A stretch of 32,034 nucleotides of DNA from Paracoccaceae bacterium (GCA_015487255.1 WFQA01000123.1:1-32034), one strand, 5' to 3'. Positions 10,068 through 19,613 are shown, counted from the first letter of the stretch. Numbers and translations: made by a program. The notes: generated by a model not told the origin, from the sequence alone.

Positions 10068-10107
10068 TTTCACCTAGGCGACGCTGTTCGGGATTTCTGC
10101 CGGGGTT

Positions 10108-10235
10108 GCGGCGCGCACGGTGGCGCTGCAGTAAAAAATTCTGCCGTTGCACCAAGCGGGGCCGGTGGCATTTTTGAAGAGGCCTTCAAAAATGGGCTGC
10201 AGCGCCATGGCCGAGGCTTCGCCTCGGCAAGGGGG
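10108..10235 (-). repeat. Intergenic mosaic repeat, subtype 2, copy C (inverted relative to subtype 1)
   Basis: 10128-10235 aligns with 20478-20586 at roughly 80% by eye. The left end 'gcgcgcacggtggcgctgcagtaaaa' is the reverse complement of the right end of copy A. Contains the perfect hairpins atttttgaag-aggc-cttcaaaaat and gccgaggc-ttc-gcctcggc. Confidence 0.8.
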
Positions 10236-10361
10236 TGCTGCCTCCAAACCCCCTGTATGTTTCTGAAAGAATGGCACCCTGGGCGCTGCGGTTGTTTGCA
10301 GCGCTTATTGCCAAGCCGGGGTAGAAGCAATACCGCCTTTTCAACTATGTGCCGGGTCTCG

Positions 10362-10698
10362 CTAATATCCAACCGTAAATCGCTGCCCCCAGATGATTAA
10401 CGCCCGCAAGCCGCTCTGCGCAGCGCCGGCAAGCACATGCTCCGTCAATGCAACCAGCTGCATTTCCCGCCCTTCTGGCGGGCGCAACGCGCTAATAACC
10501 ATATCTTGCCCCGCGGCCAATTCGACAACATCCCGCACCCGCTCGATATTCATTAATTTTGGCCGGGCAGATTCTGGCAGGTTTTTCTTCTGAGCAGGGC
10601 TGCGCAACACCGCAGTTACCTCATGTCCGCGCTGGCAGGCCTCCCGCACGATCCGCAGCCCCACATCTCCGGCGGCAACCCAATACAAGTATTTTCAC
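10362..10698 (-). pseudogene. Frameshifted and 3'-truncated NAD(P)H-binding (NmrA / atypical SDR-like) gene remnant
   Basis: GTG-'KILVLG' (from 10698) is separated by one extra T from 'AAGDVGLRIVREACQRGHEVTAVLRSP', which splits the GxxGxxG Rossmann motif. The ORF ends after about 110 aa where such proteins are usually about 200 aa, directly next to repeat copy C. Confidence 0.5.
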
Positions 10699-10795
10699 GA
10701 CTGTATTCCTCTGTTATTGCCAAATGGTTTGAGTGTGGGGCCGCCGCGCGGTTTGCTTGTCATACACGCCTGTGGATGACCCAAAGCGCGCCGCT

Positions 10796-11650
10796 TCACA
10801 GGCTTTTGCCAGGTCGCTTTTGGCTGAGCCAGACGCCGAGCAGCACCAGCATCATCCCCAGCCCCTGTGCTGTATTCAAAACCTGCCCAAGCACCCCCCA
10901 GCCCAGTAAAGCTGCGGTAACCGGGCTGAACAGGCCAAGTGTCGAAACCACGTTGGGTGGCAATTTTGCCACCCCGCGAAACCAGATGGCATAGGTGAGC
11001 GCCGCCCCGATCAGGCCAAGATAAAGCAAGCCGGCCATATTGCGCATGCTCAACCCCGGCAGTGCCGGCTCAATAATAACCGCAATGGGCAGCAGGATCA
11101 GGCCGCCCGCCGTGAGTTGCCATGCGGTGAAGGTGAGTAATGGCACATCGGGTTGCCATTTTTTGCTAAGCACCGTGCCTGCCGCCATCGAAAGCGCGCC
11201 GCCCAGCCCGGCCAATACCCCGAGCGGATCAAGCGCGGTTATGGGTGCCAGCACCAGCAAGGCCACCCCCGCCAAGCCCGCAAACCCGGCCAATACAGCC
11301 ATTATGCGAATGTTGCTTCCCATGAAAAGCCGCGCCAGCAATATAACGATCAACGGCTGTGTTGCCCCCATTGTTGCCGCCACGCCCCCCGGCAAGCGAT
11401 ACGCGGCCACAAACAATAAAACCCAGAAGATCGAAAAATTCAAAGCGCCGAGAAGCGCAATGCGCCCAATCCACACCCCTTTGGGCAGGCGGCGGCAGAG
11501 CAGCAGCAATATCAACCCCGCTGGCAAGGCGCGCAGCAGGGCAAGGGTGATCGGGTATCCGGCGGGCAACAGCTCGGTGGTGACCAAATAGGTGCTCCCC
11601 CAAACCGCCGGGGCAATCGCTGTTATCAGCATATCAAATTTGCGGGGCAT
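10796..11650 (-). CDS. pecM: EamA/DMT-family transporter, PecM-like
   Basis: 284 aa, ten hydrophobic segments, N-terminus 'AIAPAVWGSTYLVTTELLP'. Divergently paired with a PecS-like MarR regulator. Confidence 0.75.
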   Translation of the reverse strand: MPRKFDMLITAIAPAVWGSTYLVTTELLPAGYPITLALLRALPAGLILLLLCRRLPKGVWIGRIALLGALNFSIFWVLLFVAAYRLPGGVAATMGATQPLIVILLARLFMGSNIRIMAVLAGFAGLAGVALLVLAPITALDPLGVLAGLGGALSMAAGTVLSKKWQPDVPLLTFTAWQLTAGGLILLPIAVIIEPALPGLSMRNMAGLLYLGLIGAALTYAIWFRGVAKLPPNVVSTLGLFSPVTAALLGWGVLGQVLNTAQGLGMMLVLLGVWLSQKRPGKSL

Positions 11651-11661
11651 TGGCTTTCCTT

Positions 11662-11705
11662 TATCTTGACATCAAGGTATATCAATTAACCTTGACGTCA
11701 AGATA
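11662..11705. promoter_or_regulatory. Operator: two 17-bp inverted half-sites (tatcttgacatcaaggt / accttgacgtcaagata) in the pecM-pecS divergent promoter region
   Basis: Read directly. The arms are reverse complements with one mismatch. The right arm contains the perfect 12-bp palindrome cttgacgtcaag and the left arm a near-copy. Confidence 0.7.
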
Positions 11706-11725
11706 AAACTTGCTACCAAGGAAGA

Positions 11726-12217
11726 ATGGATCACGTAGATAAGATTATCAGCCAATGGGAAAAACAGCGCGCCGACATCAACACGGCCCCCATGGCCTTG
11801 ATTGGCCGCATAAAAAGGGTGTCGGCTTTTTTTAGCGCCGAAATGGGCCGAACCTTCGACCAGCACGGGCTAAATGCTGCCAGCTTTGATATGCTGGCCA
11901 CCCTGCGGCGCAGCGGCGCGCCTTATGCGCTTTCTCCAAGCCGATTGATGGAGGAAACAATGGTAACCTCGGGCACAATGACCAACCGGATAGACCAACT
12001 GGTAAAGGCCGAATTGGTCAAGCGTATCCGCAACCCAAAAGACGGGCGCGGTTTTTTGATCTCGCTCACCGAGCGGGGGTTTAAGGTGATAGAAAAAGCC
12101 CTCACCGACCATGTAAAAACCCAAAAGAGGCTGGTTGAAAACCTGTCAGCCAGCCAATATGAAAACCTGAACAAGGCGCTGAAACAACTGTTGGAGCCCT
12201 TTGAAGCGATGCGGTGA
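11726..12217 (+). CDS. pecS: MarR-family transcriptional regulator, PecS-like (urate-responsive subgroup)
   Basis: 'IISQWEKQRADINTAPMALIGRIKRVS...FDMLATLRRSGAPYALSPSRL...NRIDQL...DGRGFLISLTERG' is collinear with Dickeya PecS as recalled. RBS AAGGAAG. Confidence 0.75.
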   Translation: MDHVDKIISQWEKQRADINTAPMALIGRIKRVSAFFSAEMGRTFDQHGLNAASFDMLATLRRSGAPYALSPSRLMEETMVTSGTMTNRIDQLVKAELVKRIRNPKDGRGFLISLTERGFKVIEKALTDHVKTQKRLVENLSASQYENLNKALKQLLEPFEAMR

Positions 12218-12224
12218 TTTACCG

Positions 12225-13079
12225 TTATCCGCCGCGCTTCTTGCCGCGCAGGCTTACCCCGGGGCTGTTTGGCCCGCGATGGCTGCGCGCCCGTGGGCCT
12301 GTTGGCTTTGGCCCCGGGCGCCTGGCTTGCGGCTCGCGCTTGAGGCCGAGCTGGTCCCGCAATATTTTCGGGCGGATTTCCTCAACCGCGCCGCGCGCCA
12401 GATCGCCAAGCTGAAACGGGCCGTAAGATACCCGGATCAACCGGTTCACCATCAGCCCCACTTCCTCCAGTGCGCGGCGGATTTCGCGGTTCTTGCCTTC
12501 GCGCAGCCCGATTGTCAGCCACACATTCGCGCCCATCTGCTTGTCAAACTCCACGCTCATAGGTTGAAACTGCTCACTGCCGACCGTCATGCCCTCGCGC
12601 AATGGCCTGATTCGCTGGTCCGAGACAACCCCGTTGGCCCGCACCCGGTATTTGCGCACCCAGCCGGTGGAGGGCAGCTCCAGCCGGCGCTTCAACTCGC
12701 CATCATTGGTGAGCAGCAACAGCCCCTCGGAGGTCAGGTCCAGCCGGCCAACGCTCATCACCCGGGGCAAATCGGGGGGCAGCCGGTCAAAAACCGTGGC
12801 GCGGCCCTTTTCGTCCCGCGCCGAGGTGACCAGCCCCGAGGGTTTGTGATAGCGCCAAAGCCGCGCTGGCTCGGGCGCGGCCACGGGCTTGCCATCAACC
12901 AGTATCGTATCGGCCTCATGCACATTCAGCGCCGGTGAATCGAGCTTTTTGCCGTTCACGCTCACCCTGCCGGCTTCGATCATCCGCTCAACCTCGCGGC
13001 GCGAGGCCACCCCGGCGCGGGCCAGCCGCTTGGCGATCCGCTCGCCCTTTTTCACATCTTTTTCCATGCTTGCGGGCAT
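12225..13079 (-). CDS. rluB: 23S rRNA pseudouridine synthase, RluB-like (S4 domain + RsuA-family catalytic domain + basic tail)
   Basis: 'ERIAKRLARAGVASRREVERMIEAGRVSVNG', 'VGRLDLTSEGLLLLTNDGEL', 'REGKNREIRR', and an Arg/Lys/Pro-rich C-terminal tail. Start taken at 'MPASMEKD', since the upstream extension overlaps tadA. Confidence 0.8.
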   Translation of the reverse strand: MPASMEKDVKKGERIAKRLARAGVASRREVERMIEAGRVSVNGKKLDSPALNVHEADTILVDGKPVAAPEPARLWRYHKPSGLVTSARDEKGRATVFDRLPPDLPRVMSVGRLDLTSEGLLLLTNDGELKRRLELPSTGWVRKYRVRANGVVSDQRIRPLREGMTVGSEQFQPMSVEFDKQMGANVWLTIGLREGKNREIRRALEEVGLMVNRLIRVSYGPFQLGDLARGAVEEIRPKILRDQLGLKREPQARRPGPKPTGPRARSHRGPNSPGVSLRGKKRGG

Positions 13080-13119
13080 ATACCCTTGCGCGCGCCTTGC
13101 ATAGGGGCGAATATTGCCC

Positions 13120-13569
13120 ATGAGCAATTTCACCAGCTTCATGGATGTGGCCCTGAATGAGGCCAAAGCCGCCGCCACGCGCCAAGAGGTGCCGGTGGGC
13201 GCGGTGATTGTGCAGCACGGGCGCATTATCGCTCAAGCCGGAAACCGCACCCGAGAGCTGCAAGACCCCACCGCCCATGCCGAAATGCTGGTGATCCGCG
13301 CCGCTTGCGCCCAGCTTGGCGAGCGCCTGCCGGATTGCGACCTTTATGTGACCCTGGAGCCTTGCCCGATGTGCGCCAGCGCTCTCAGCCATGCGCGTAT
13401 CGCGCGGCTATATTACGGCGCGAGTGACCCGAAATCAGGCGGGGTGGAGCAAGGCCCGCGCCTGTTCAGCCACCCGCAATGCCACCACAAGCCAGAGGTC
13501 TACGGCGGCGTGGGGGAGGGTATGGCCTCGGCGCTTTTGAAGGGGTTTTTCGGGAGGCGACGGAGGTGA
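13120..13569 (+). CDS. tadA: tRNA-specific adenosine deaminase
   Basis: 'EVPVGAVIV', 'HAEMLVIRAA', 'TLEPCPMCASAL', 'RLYYGASDPKSGG'. Confidence 0.9.
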   Translation: MSNFTSFMDVALNEAKAAATRQEVPVGAVIVQHGRIIAQAGNRTRELQDPTAHAEMLVIRAACAQLGERLPDCDLYVTLEPCPMCASALSHARIARLYYGASDPKSGGVEQGPRLFSHPQCHHKPEVYGGVGEGMASALLKGFFGRRRR

Positions 13570-13799
13570 GACCCTTAGGGAGTTCAACCGCGACAGTTCG
13601 CACAGATTCTACAAGACGGGCGGGTGTATGATGCCATCGCTCGGTTTTAGCCGCGGGCCGCGCGGGCCTTCTTCACCCGGGTGCATTCGCGCTCATCCGC
13701 AATAGGATGAATCACAAATCAAGCCTCCTGAAAGCCCTATTGCGATTCAACGTGATCTGGAAACGCTTCAGGCCGAAAAATCTGCACTTTTCTCATAGA

Positions 13800-13950
13800 C
13801 CGCCGAGCGTAAGCGAGGCTTTCGTCGTCGCCAGACACTGTTCAGCTTTGCTGATAAAGTGCCTTTTCCGAGTGGGGGCTTGCCCCCGCAGAGGAAAAGG
13901 CAAGCTTGCCGGAAGGTCAGCGAATTTACTGCAGCGCCGCGGCGCGCGCC
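13800..13950 (+). repeat. Intergenic mosaic repeat, subtype 1, copy B
   Basis: Near-identical to 6776-6927, followed by a GC-rich divergent tail up to the ccrM stop. Lies between convergent tadA and ccrM. Confidence 0.85.
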
Positions 13951-14032
13951 CGGCTCGGGGAGCAAAGGCGGGGCTGCGCCCCTGTTTGCCCCCCTCGCCG
14001 GGCGCGTGCCTCGCCTGGGGCTCGGCAGGGCA

Positions 14033-15166
<1,134 letters not shown>

Positions 15167-15173
15167 CTAACAT

Positions 15174-15211
15174 GAGTCAAAGGTGATTCGGTGTCAATTT
15201 CTTTTTGAATC
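15174..15211. promoter_or_regulatory. Cluster of three GANTC (CcrM target) sites around a TTGACA -35-like hexamer upstream of ccrM
   Basis: GAGTC 15174-15178, GATTC 15185-15189, GAATC 15207-15211. The minus-strand TTGACA is at 15192-15197. Confidence 0.55.
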
Positions 15212-15221
15212 AAGCACTTAT

Positions 15222-15833
15222 TTAATTTTCTTCACACAACATCTTGTGGATGGGCTTGAAGGAACGTCTATGATGTGGGGTCACGCCAAACCGGGCCAGC
15301 CCCGATTGATGGGCTTTGGTGCCATACCCCATGTTGCTTTCCCAACCATAGCCGGGAAATGTGGCTGAAAGGTCACACATCAGCCGGTCGCGGGTGACCT
15401 TGGCGATGATCGAGGCAGCCGCGATGCTGAGCGAGCGGCTGTCCCCCTTCACAATCGCACGGGCTTCGCAGGCAAGACCGGGGGGGATTTTATTGCCGTC
15501 AATCAGGGCAAAGGCAGGCTTGGTTGCAAGGGCATCTACCGCGCGCCGCATCGCCAGAAACGTGGCTTGCAAAATGTTGATCCGGTCAATCTCCTTCACG
15601 CTGGCCATGCCGACCGCCACCACGGCCTGCGCCGATATTTCATCAAACAATACCGCCCGCCGCGCTGCGGTCAGTTTTTTTGAATCGTTTAGCCCCGGTG
15701 GTATCCGGCCCGGGTCAAGAATAACCGCCGCGGCCAGCACCGGGCCGGCCCATGGGCCGCGGCCCACCTCGTCCACTCCGCAAACCGGGTCGGGGTGCTG
15801 ATCCTCAAACTTAAAATCCGGCCCATTTTTCAC
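15222..15833 (-). CDS. rnhB: Ribonuclease HII
   Basis: 'GVDEVGRGPWAGPVLAAAVIL', 'DSKKLT', 'ASIIAKVTRD', 'GYGWESNMGYGT.AH'. There is no ATG upstream of the catalytic DEVGRG; an in-frame GTG at 15833 gives 203 aa. The 306-aa track ORF overlaps the divergent monooxygenase region. Confidence 0.85.
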   Translation of the reverse strand: MKNGPDFKFEDQHPDPVCGVDEVGRGPWAGPVLAAAVILDPGRIPPGLNDSKKLTAARRAVLFDEISAQAVVAVGMASVKEIDRINILQATFLAMRRAVDALATKPAFALIDGNKIPPGLACEARAIVKGDSRSLSIAAASIIAKVTRDRLMCDLSATFPGYGWESNMGYGTKAHQSGLARFGVTPHHRRSFKPIHKMLCEEN

Positions 15834-15896
15834 TGTATTTTTCCTGCTGATTGCGCATATGTTCTTCCTGTCTACAAAACCATAAAGGAATGCGCC

Positions 15897-17159
15897 ATGA
15901 CCGTTATCGTATCCGGGGCCGGAATCGGCGGCCTGACCGTGGCGCTGACCTGCCACGCGCTGGGGATTCCGGTAAAAGTCTATGAGCAGGTGGCAAATAT
16001 TACCCCGCTTGGCGTCGGGATCAACCTGCAGCCCCACGCGGTGCGCGAGATTTTCGAGCTTGGGCTGGAGCGCAAGATAGATGCCATTGGGGTGCGCACC
16101 GAAGAGGTGGTTTATTTCTCCAAGAAAGGCCTGCAGATCCATGCTGAAAAGCGCGGGCTATGGGCTGGCTATAACTGGCCGCAATACTCGGTTCATCGCG
16201 GCGAATTGCAGATGATGCTGCTCGATGCGGTGCGTGAGCGCCTTGGCCCCGGCGCGGTGCAGATGGGGGCCTCGATTACCGAAGTGGAGGAATGCGGCAA
16301 CGGGGTGCGCTTTAATGTGGTGCGCGGGGCGGGCACCTCGGTTGAGCAAGGGTCGGTGCTGGTTGCCGCCGATGGGTTGCATTCCAAAATCAGGTCGCAG
16401 TTTTACCCCGATGAGGGGGCGCCGGTCTGGGGTGGGGCGGTGCTTTGGCGCGGCACCACCCGTGCCACGCCGTTTTTGACCCGGGCCAGCATGGCCATGG
16501 CCGGGCACGAGGCGCAAAAATTCGTTACCTATCCGATTTCAAAGCCGGATGAAAACGGCGTGGCGGTGATCAACTGGATTGCCGAGCTGAAATTCAGCCC
16601 CGATACAAAATGGAACCGCGAGGATTATAACCGCCGCGGGCTGCTTTCGGATTTTCTGCCGCAATTTGCGGATTGGCGGTTTGACTGGCTGGATATTCCG
16701 GCGCTGATCAAGGGGGCTGACAAGGTGTTTGAGTTCCCGATGGTGGACCGTGACCCGCTGGCACAATGGAGCTTTGGCAATGCCACCCTGCTTGGCGATG
16801 CGGCGCATGTGATGTATCCGGTCGGCTCCAACGGGGCCAGTCAGGCGATACTGGATGCCCGCGTGCTGGGGCGGTGTTTTTACCAGCACGGGGTCAATGC
16901 AGCGGCGCTGGAGGCCTATGAGGCGGAGCGCCAGCCCAAATGCAACGCGGTGGTGCGGGCCAACCGGCGCAACGGGCCGGATCAGGTGTTGCAGGTGGTT
17001 GAAGAACGCTGCGGCGGGGAATTTGCCCATATAGATGATGTGCTCCCCCCCGGTGAGCGCCAGTATATGGCGGCGCGCTATAAGGAGATCGCCGGGTTTG
17101 ATGTCGATGTGCTGAACAGCGCGCCGGGTATCATCAGCGACGAGATGCGGGGCACCTGA
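15897..17159 (+). CDS. FAD-dependent aromatic-ring monooxygenase (PhzS / salicylate-hydroxylase-like)
   Basis: N-terminal 'VIVSGAGIGGLTVAL' dinucleotide fold, 'VAADGLHSKIR', 'GDAAHVMYPVGSNGASQAILDA'. RBS AAAGGAA before ATG 15897. Confidence 0.75.
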   Translation: MTVIVSGAGIGGLTVALTCHALGIPVKVYEQVANITPLGVGINLQPHAVREIFELGLERKIDAIGVRTEEVVYFSKKGLQIHAEKRGLWAGYNWPQYSVHRGELQMMLLDAVRERLGPGAVQMGASITEVEECGNGVRFNVVRGAGTSVEQGSVLVAADGLHSKIRSQFYPDEGAPVWGGAVLWRGTTRATPFLTRASMAMAGHEAQKFVTYPISKPDENGVAVINWIAELKFSPDTKWNREDYNRRGLLSDFLPQFADWRFDWLDIPALIKGADKVFEFPMVDRDPLAQWSFGNATLLGDAAHVMYPVGSNGASQAILDARVLGRCFYQHGVNAAALEAYEAERQPKCNAVVRANRRNGPDQVLQVVEERCGGEFAHIDDVLPPGERQYMAARYKEIAGFDVDVLNSAPGIISDEMRGT

Positions 17160-17184
17160 GGTGGTGCGCTGGCTGGAGGCGGCA

Positions 17185-17739
17185 ATGCGGGCGCTGGCGT
17201 GGTTTTCGGCCTTGCTGGGCGGGCTGGCGCTGGTGGTGCTGATGCTGATGACCACGGTGAGCGTGGCTGGCATGGCCGCCAGCAAATTTGGCAAAATGCT
17301 GGAAAAATCCTATAATATGGTGGTGGAGCCGCTGCTGGCGCTGAGGCCAATTCCGGGGGAGACCGAGATGGTCGAAGCGGGCATGGCCTTTATCATTTTT
17401 GCCTTTCTGCCACTGGTGACCCTGCATAAAGGCCATGCGGAAGTGGCGCTGCTGACCAATTTTATGGGCAAATTGGCAAACCGGGTGATTGACCTGCTGG
17501 CGGATGTGCTGATGCTGTTGGTGGCCGCTTTTCTGGGCTGGCGGCATTTTTTGGGCACGGTGGACAAATTCAACAATGGCGAGCAAAGCTGGATATTGCA
17601 GTTTCCGGTCTGGTGGGGCTACGGGGCGGCGCTGTTTGGCGCGGTGGTTTTTGTGATTGTCGCCAGCTATTGTGTGTTACGCTCGCTTGATGCGCTGGTC
17701 TTTGGGCGTGATGTCGAGCGCCCGGGGGCCGTGCATTGA
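17185..17739 (+). CDS. TRAP transporter small permease (DctQ family)
   Basis: Four hydrophobic helices, immediately upstream of and overlapping a DctM-type gene. GGAGG lies 5 nt before ATG 17185; GTG 17161 is an alternative start. Confidence 0.75.
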   Translation: MRALAWFSALLGGLALVVLMLMTTVSVAGMAASKFGKMLEKSYNMVVEPLLALRPIPGETEMVEAGMAFIIFAFLPLVTLHKGHAEVALLTNFMGKLANRVIDLLADVLMLLVAAFLGWRHFLGTVDKFNNGEQSWILQFPVWWGYGAALFGAVVFVIVASYCVLRSLDALVFGRDVERPGAVH

Positions 17740-19058
17740 GCAATTTTGATATCGGACTGTTTTCTTTTGCCGTGGTGCTGGGGCTGATATTTATCCGCAT
17801 GCCGATCGGGCTGGCCATGCTGGTGGTTGGCATTGGCGGCAATGCGCTGGTAATCGGCAATTTCAACATGATCGCCGGGCAGCTGAAAAACCTCACCTAC
17901 GGGCAGTTTTCCTCCTATTCGCTTTCCATCGTGCCGCTGTTTTTGCTGATGGGGCAGTTTGCCACGCTGGGGGGAATGTCGAGCGCGCTGTTCAAGGCGG
18001 CGGCGGCGTTTCTGGGGCATAAAAAGGGCGGGGTGGCGATAGCCTCGGTCGGGGCTTGTGCCGGGTTTGGGGCGATTTGCGGTTCAAGCCTGGCCACGGC
18101 GGCGACCATGGGGCAGGTGGCGCTACCCGAGCTTAGGCGGCATGGTTATTCGGGCGCGCTTTCCACCGGCACCCTGGCGGCGGGCGGCACGCTGGGGATT
18201 CTGATTCCGCCTTCGGTGATCCTGGTGATTTATGCGATATTGGCCGAGCAGAATGTGGCCAAGCTGTTTGTGGCGGCGGTTATTCCGGGGCTGCTGGCGA
18301 TGCTGGGCTATATGCTGGCAATCGCGATATATGTGCGGCTCTTTCCCGGCGCGGGCGGGGTGCGGCAGCGGGTGCCTTACCGCGAGCGCTTTGTGGCGCT
18401 GCGCGCGGTATGGCCGGTTTTGCTGGTGTTTATCGTGGTGATAGGCGGTATCTATCAGGGGGTTTTCACCCCCACCCAGGGCGCGGCGGTGGGGGCTTTT
18501 GGCACCGGGCTGATCGCCTTGCTCAATGGCGGGCTGAACTGGCGCTCGCTGATGGGGGCCTTCAGGGGCACGGCGATGACCACCGGCATGATCTTTTTCA
18601 TTGTGCTTGGCGCGGCGGTTTATAACGGGTTTCTGGCGCTGACCGGCGTGCCGCAAGAGGTGGCGCGCTTTGTGGTTGAGCAGGGTTATAACCCGTGGAT
18701 GGTGCTGATGATTGTGCTGATCGCCTATCTGCTTTTTGGCTGCGTCATGGACAGCCTGTCAATGATCCTGCTGACCGTGCCGATCTTTTTTCCGATGATG
18801 ATGGGGCTGGATTTTGGCATGAGTGCCGAGGAATTCGGCTTGTGGTTCGGCATTCTGGTGCTGATCGTAGTCGAGGTCGGGCTGATCACCCCGCCGGTGG
18901 GGATGAACCTGTTTGTGATCAACACGCTTGCGCGCGATATTCCGATATCAGAAACCTTCAAGGGAGTGCTGCCTTTTGTGATCACCGATATTTTGCGGGT
19001 TGTGGTGCTGGTGCTGTTCCCCTCGCTTACACTTTATGCGGTGCGTGTGCTGTTTTGA
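17736..19058 (+). CDS. TRAP transporter large permease (DctM family)
   Basis: 440 aa polytopic protein; 'LFLLMGQFA', 'GSSLATAATMG', 'GTLGILIPPS', 'GLITPPVGMNLFV' motifs. ATGA-type overlap with dctQ. Confidence 0.88.
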   Translation: MSNFDIGLFSFAVVLGLIFIRMPIGLAMLVVGIGGNALVIGNFNMIAGQLKNLTYGQFSSYSLSIVPLFLLMGQFATLGGMSSALFKAAAAFLGHKKGGVAIASVGACAGFGAICGSSLATAATMGQVALPELRRHGYSGALSTGTLAAGGTLGILIPPSVILVIYAILAEQNVAKLFVAAVIPGLLAMLGYMLAIAIYVRLFPGAGGVRQRVPYRERFVALRAVWPVLLVFIVVIGGIYQGVFTPTQGAAVGAFGTGLIALLNGGLNWRSLMGAFRGTAMTTGMIFFIVLGAAVYNGFLALTGVPQEVARFVVEQGYNPWMVLMIVLIAYLLFGCVMDSLSMILLTVPIFFPMMMGLDFGMSAEEFGLWFGILVLIVVEVGLITPPVGMNLFVINTLARDIPISETFKGVLPFVITDILRVVVLVLFPSLTLYAVRVLF

Positions 19059-19364
19059 ACCGGCACTTTATGCGGGTGATTTTCCGGTTGAGCGCTTGAG
19101 GGCTGAAAAGGATTTCCGCAACACGGATATTTCCACCCGGCTTTGCAACCTGTGCTTCCTGGCCATAGCCTGTTGGTAAAGCTCAAGGTTCACCCCGTGG
19201 TTGAAGCGACAAATGTCTGCCATGTGACATTTTTCGCGATTTTGTTAACGATACCTGGTAAATTTACTTTGAATTAATGCTTGTTTGTTCTATTGTGAAC
19301 CCAGAGTTGTTTTCTTGTTTTGCTCATCAGTATGATCGTTGTAACCAGTAGTGGAGGTGTAAGT

Positions 19365-19613
19365 ATGGATTACACGGCAATTCAGTCCGAAATTCTCGCG
19401 GCGTTGAATGGCCCGGGCGAGATTTTTCTGATCGCGGCGATCGGGGTATGCACGGTCTTTGCGGCGCAGGTTATCCGGTTGTATCTGGCGCGTTTTCGTG
19501 CTGACCGGCGGTTCAATTCCTACAGGCATAAAGTAGTGGCACCCTTTGTGGCAGATCAAAATCTGCGGCAGGGTGCGGCGATGGCCCCCTATTTTGCCCG
19601 CCGCAAACCATGA
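19365..19613 (+). CDS. Small single-pass membrane protein (82 aa), paralogous to the N-terminus of the downstream gene
   Basis: Strong RBS GGAGG 7 nt upstream. One TM helix 'IFLIAAIGVCTVFAAQVI', then 'RFRADRRFNSYRHKVVAPF', shared with the next ORF. Confidence 0.55.
   Translation: MDYTAIQSEILAALNGPGEIFLIAAIGVCTVFAAQVIRLYLARFRADRRFNSYRHKVVAPFVADQNLRQGAAMAPYFARRKP

Noticed and set aside
8742-10073. Very long antisense ORFs mirroring real genes (for example 8742-10073 -, 29-772 -, 2397-3419 -, 7522-8526 -, 12201-12938 +, 16539-17294 -, 21034-22035 -, 25676-26449 -, 28445-29137 +, 28561-29256 +).
   Set aside because: Each overlaps a gene with clear family motifs on the other strand. Their translations are Arg/Pro/Gly/His/Ala-rich and low-complexity, with no recognisable motifs. 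This is typical of open antisense frames in GC-rich DNA.
13727-13742. A 16-nt exact match (cctgaaagccctattg) between the spacer upstream of repeat copy B and the reverse complement of the uraD 3' end (7000-7015), with weaker flanking similarity. This could be a relic of a uraD-plus-repeat duplication.
   Set aside because: A single 16-mer match is not clearly beyond chance among all pairwise comparisons in 32 kb. The repeat's orientation relative to the fragment is also opposite to that at uraD, so a simple duplication does not fit. It needs a whole-genome alignment to decide.
13570-13799. Short ORFs in the tadA-repeat B spacer (for example a minus-strand 22-codon 'VIHPIADERECTRVKKARAARG').
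   Set aside because: There is no RBS, no recognisable family, and each is too short to support from sequence alone.
19030-19077. Direct repeat cactttatgcgg at 19030-19041 and 19065-19076, flanking the dctM stop, considered as a possible att or target-site duplication for the downstream islet.
   Set aside because: Both copies lie at the same (left) end of the islet and no third copy is visible near 20400. It more likely reflects a small local duplication.
19510-19520. GGTTCAATTCC, a tRNA T-loop-like string.
   Set aside because: The flanking bases do not form a T-stem or any cloverleaf, and it lies inside the small ORF 19365-19613.
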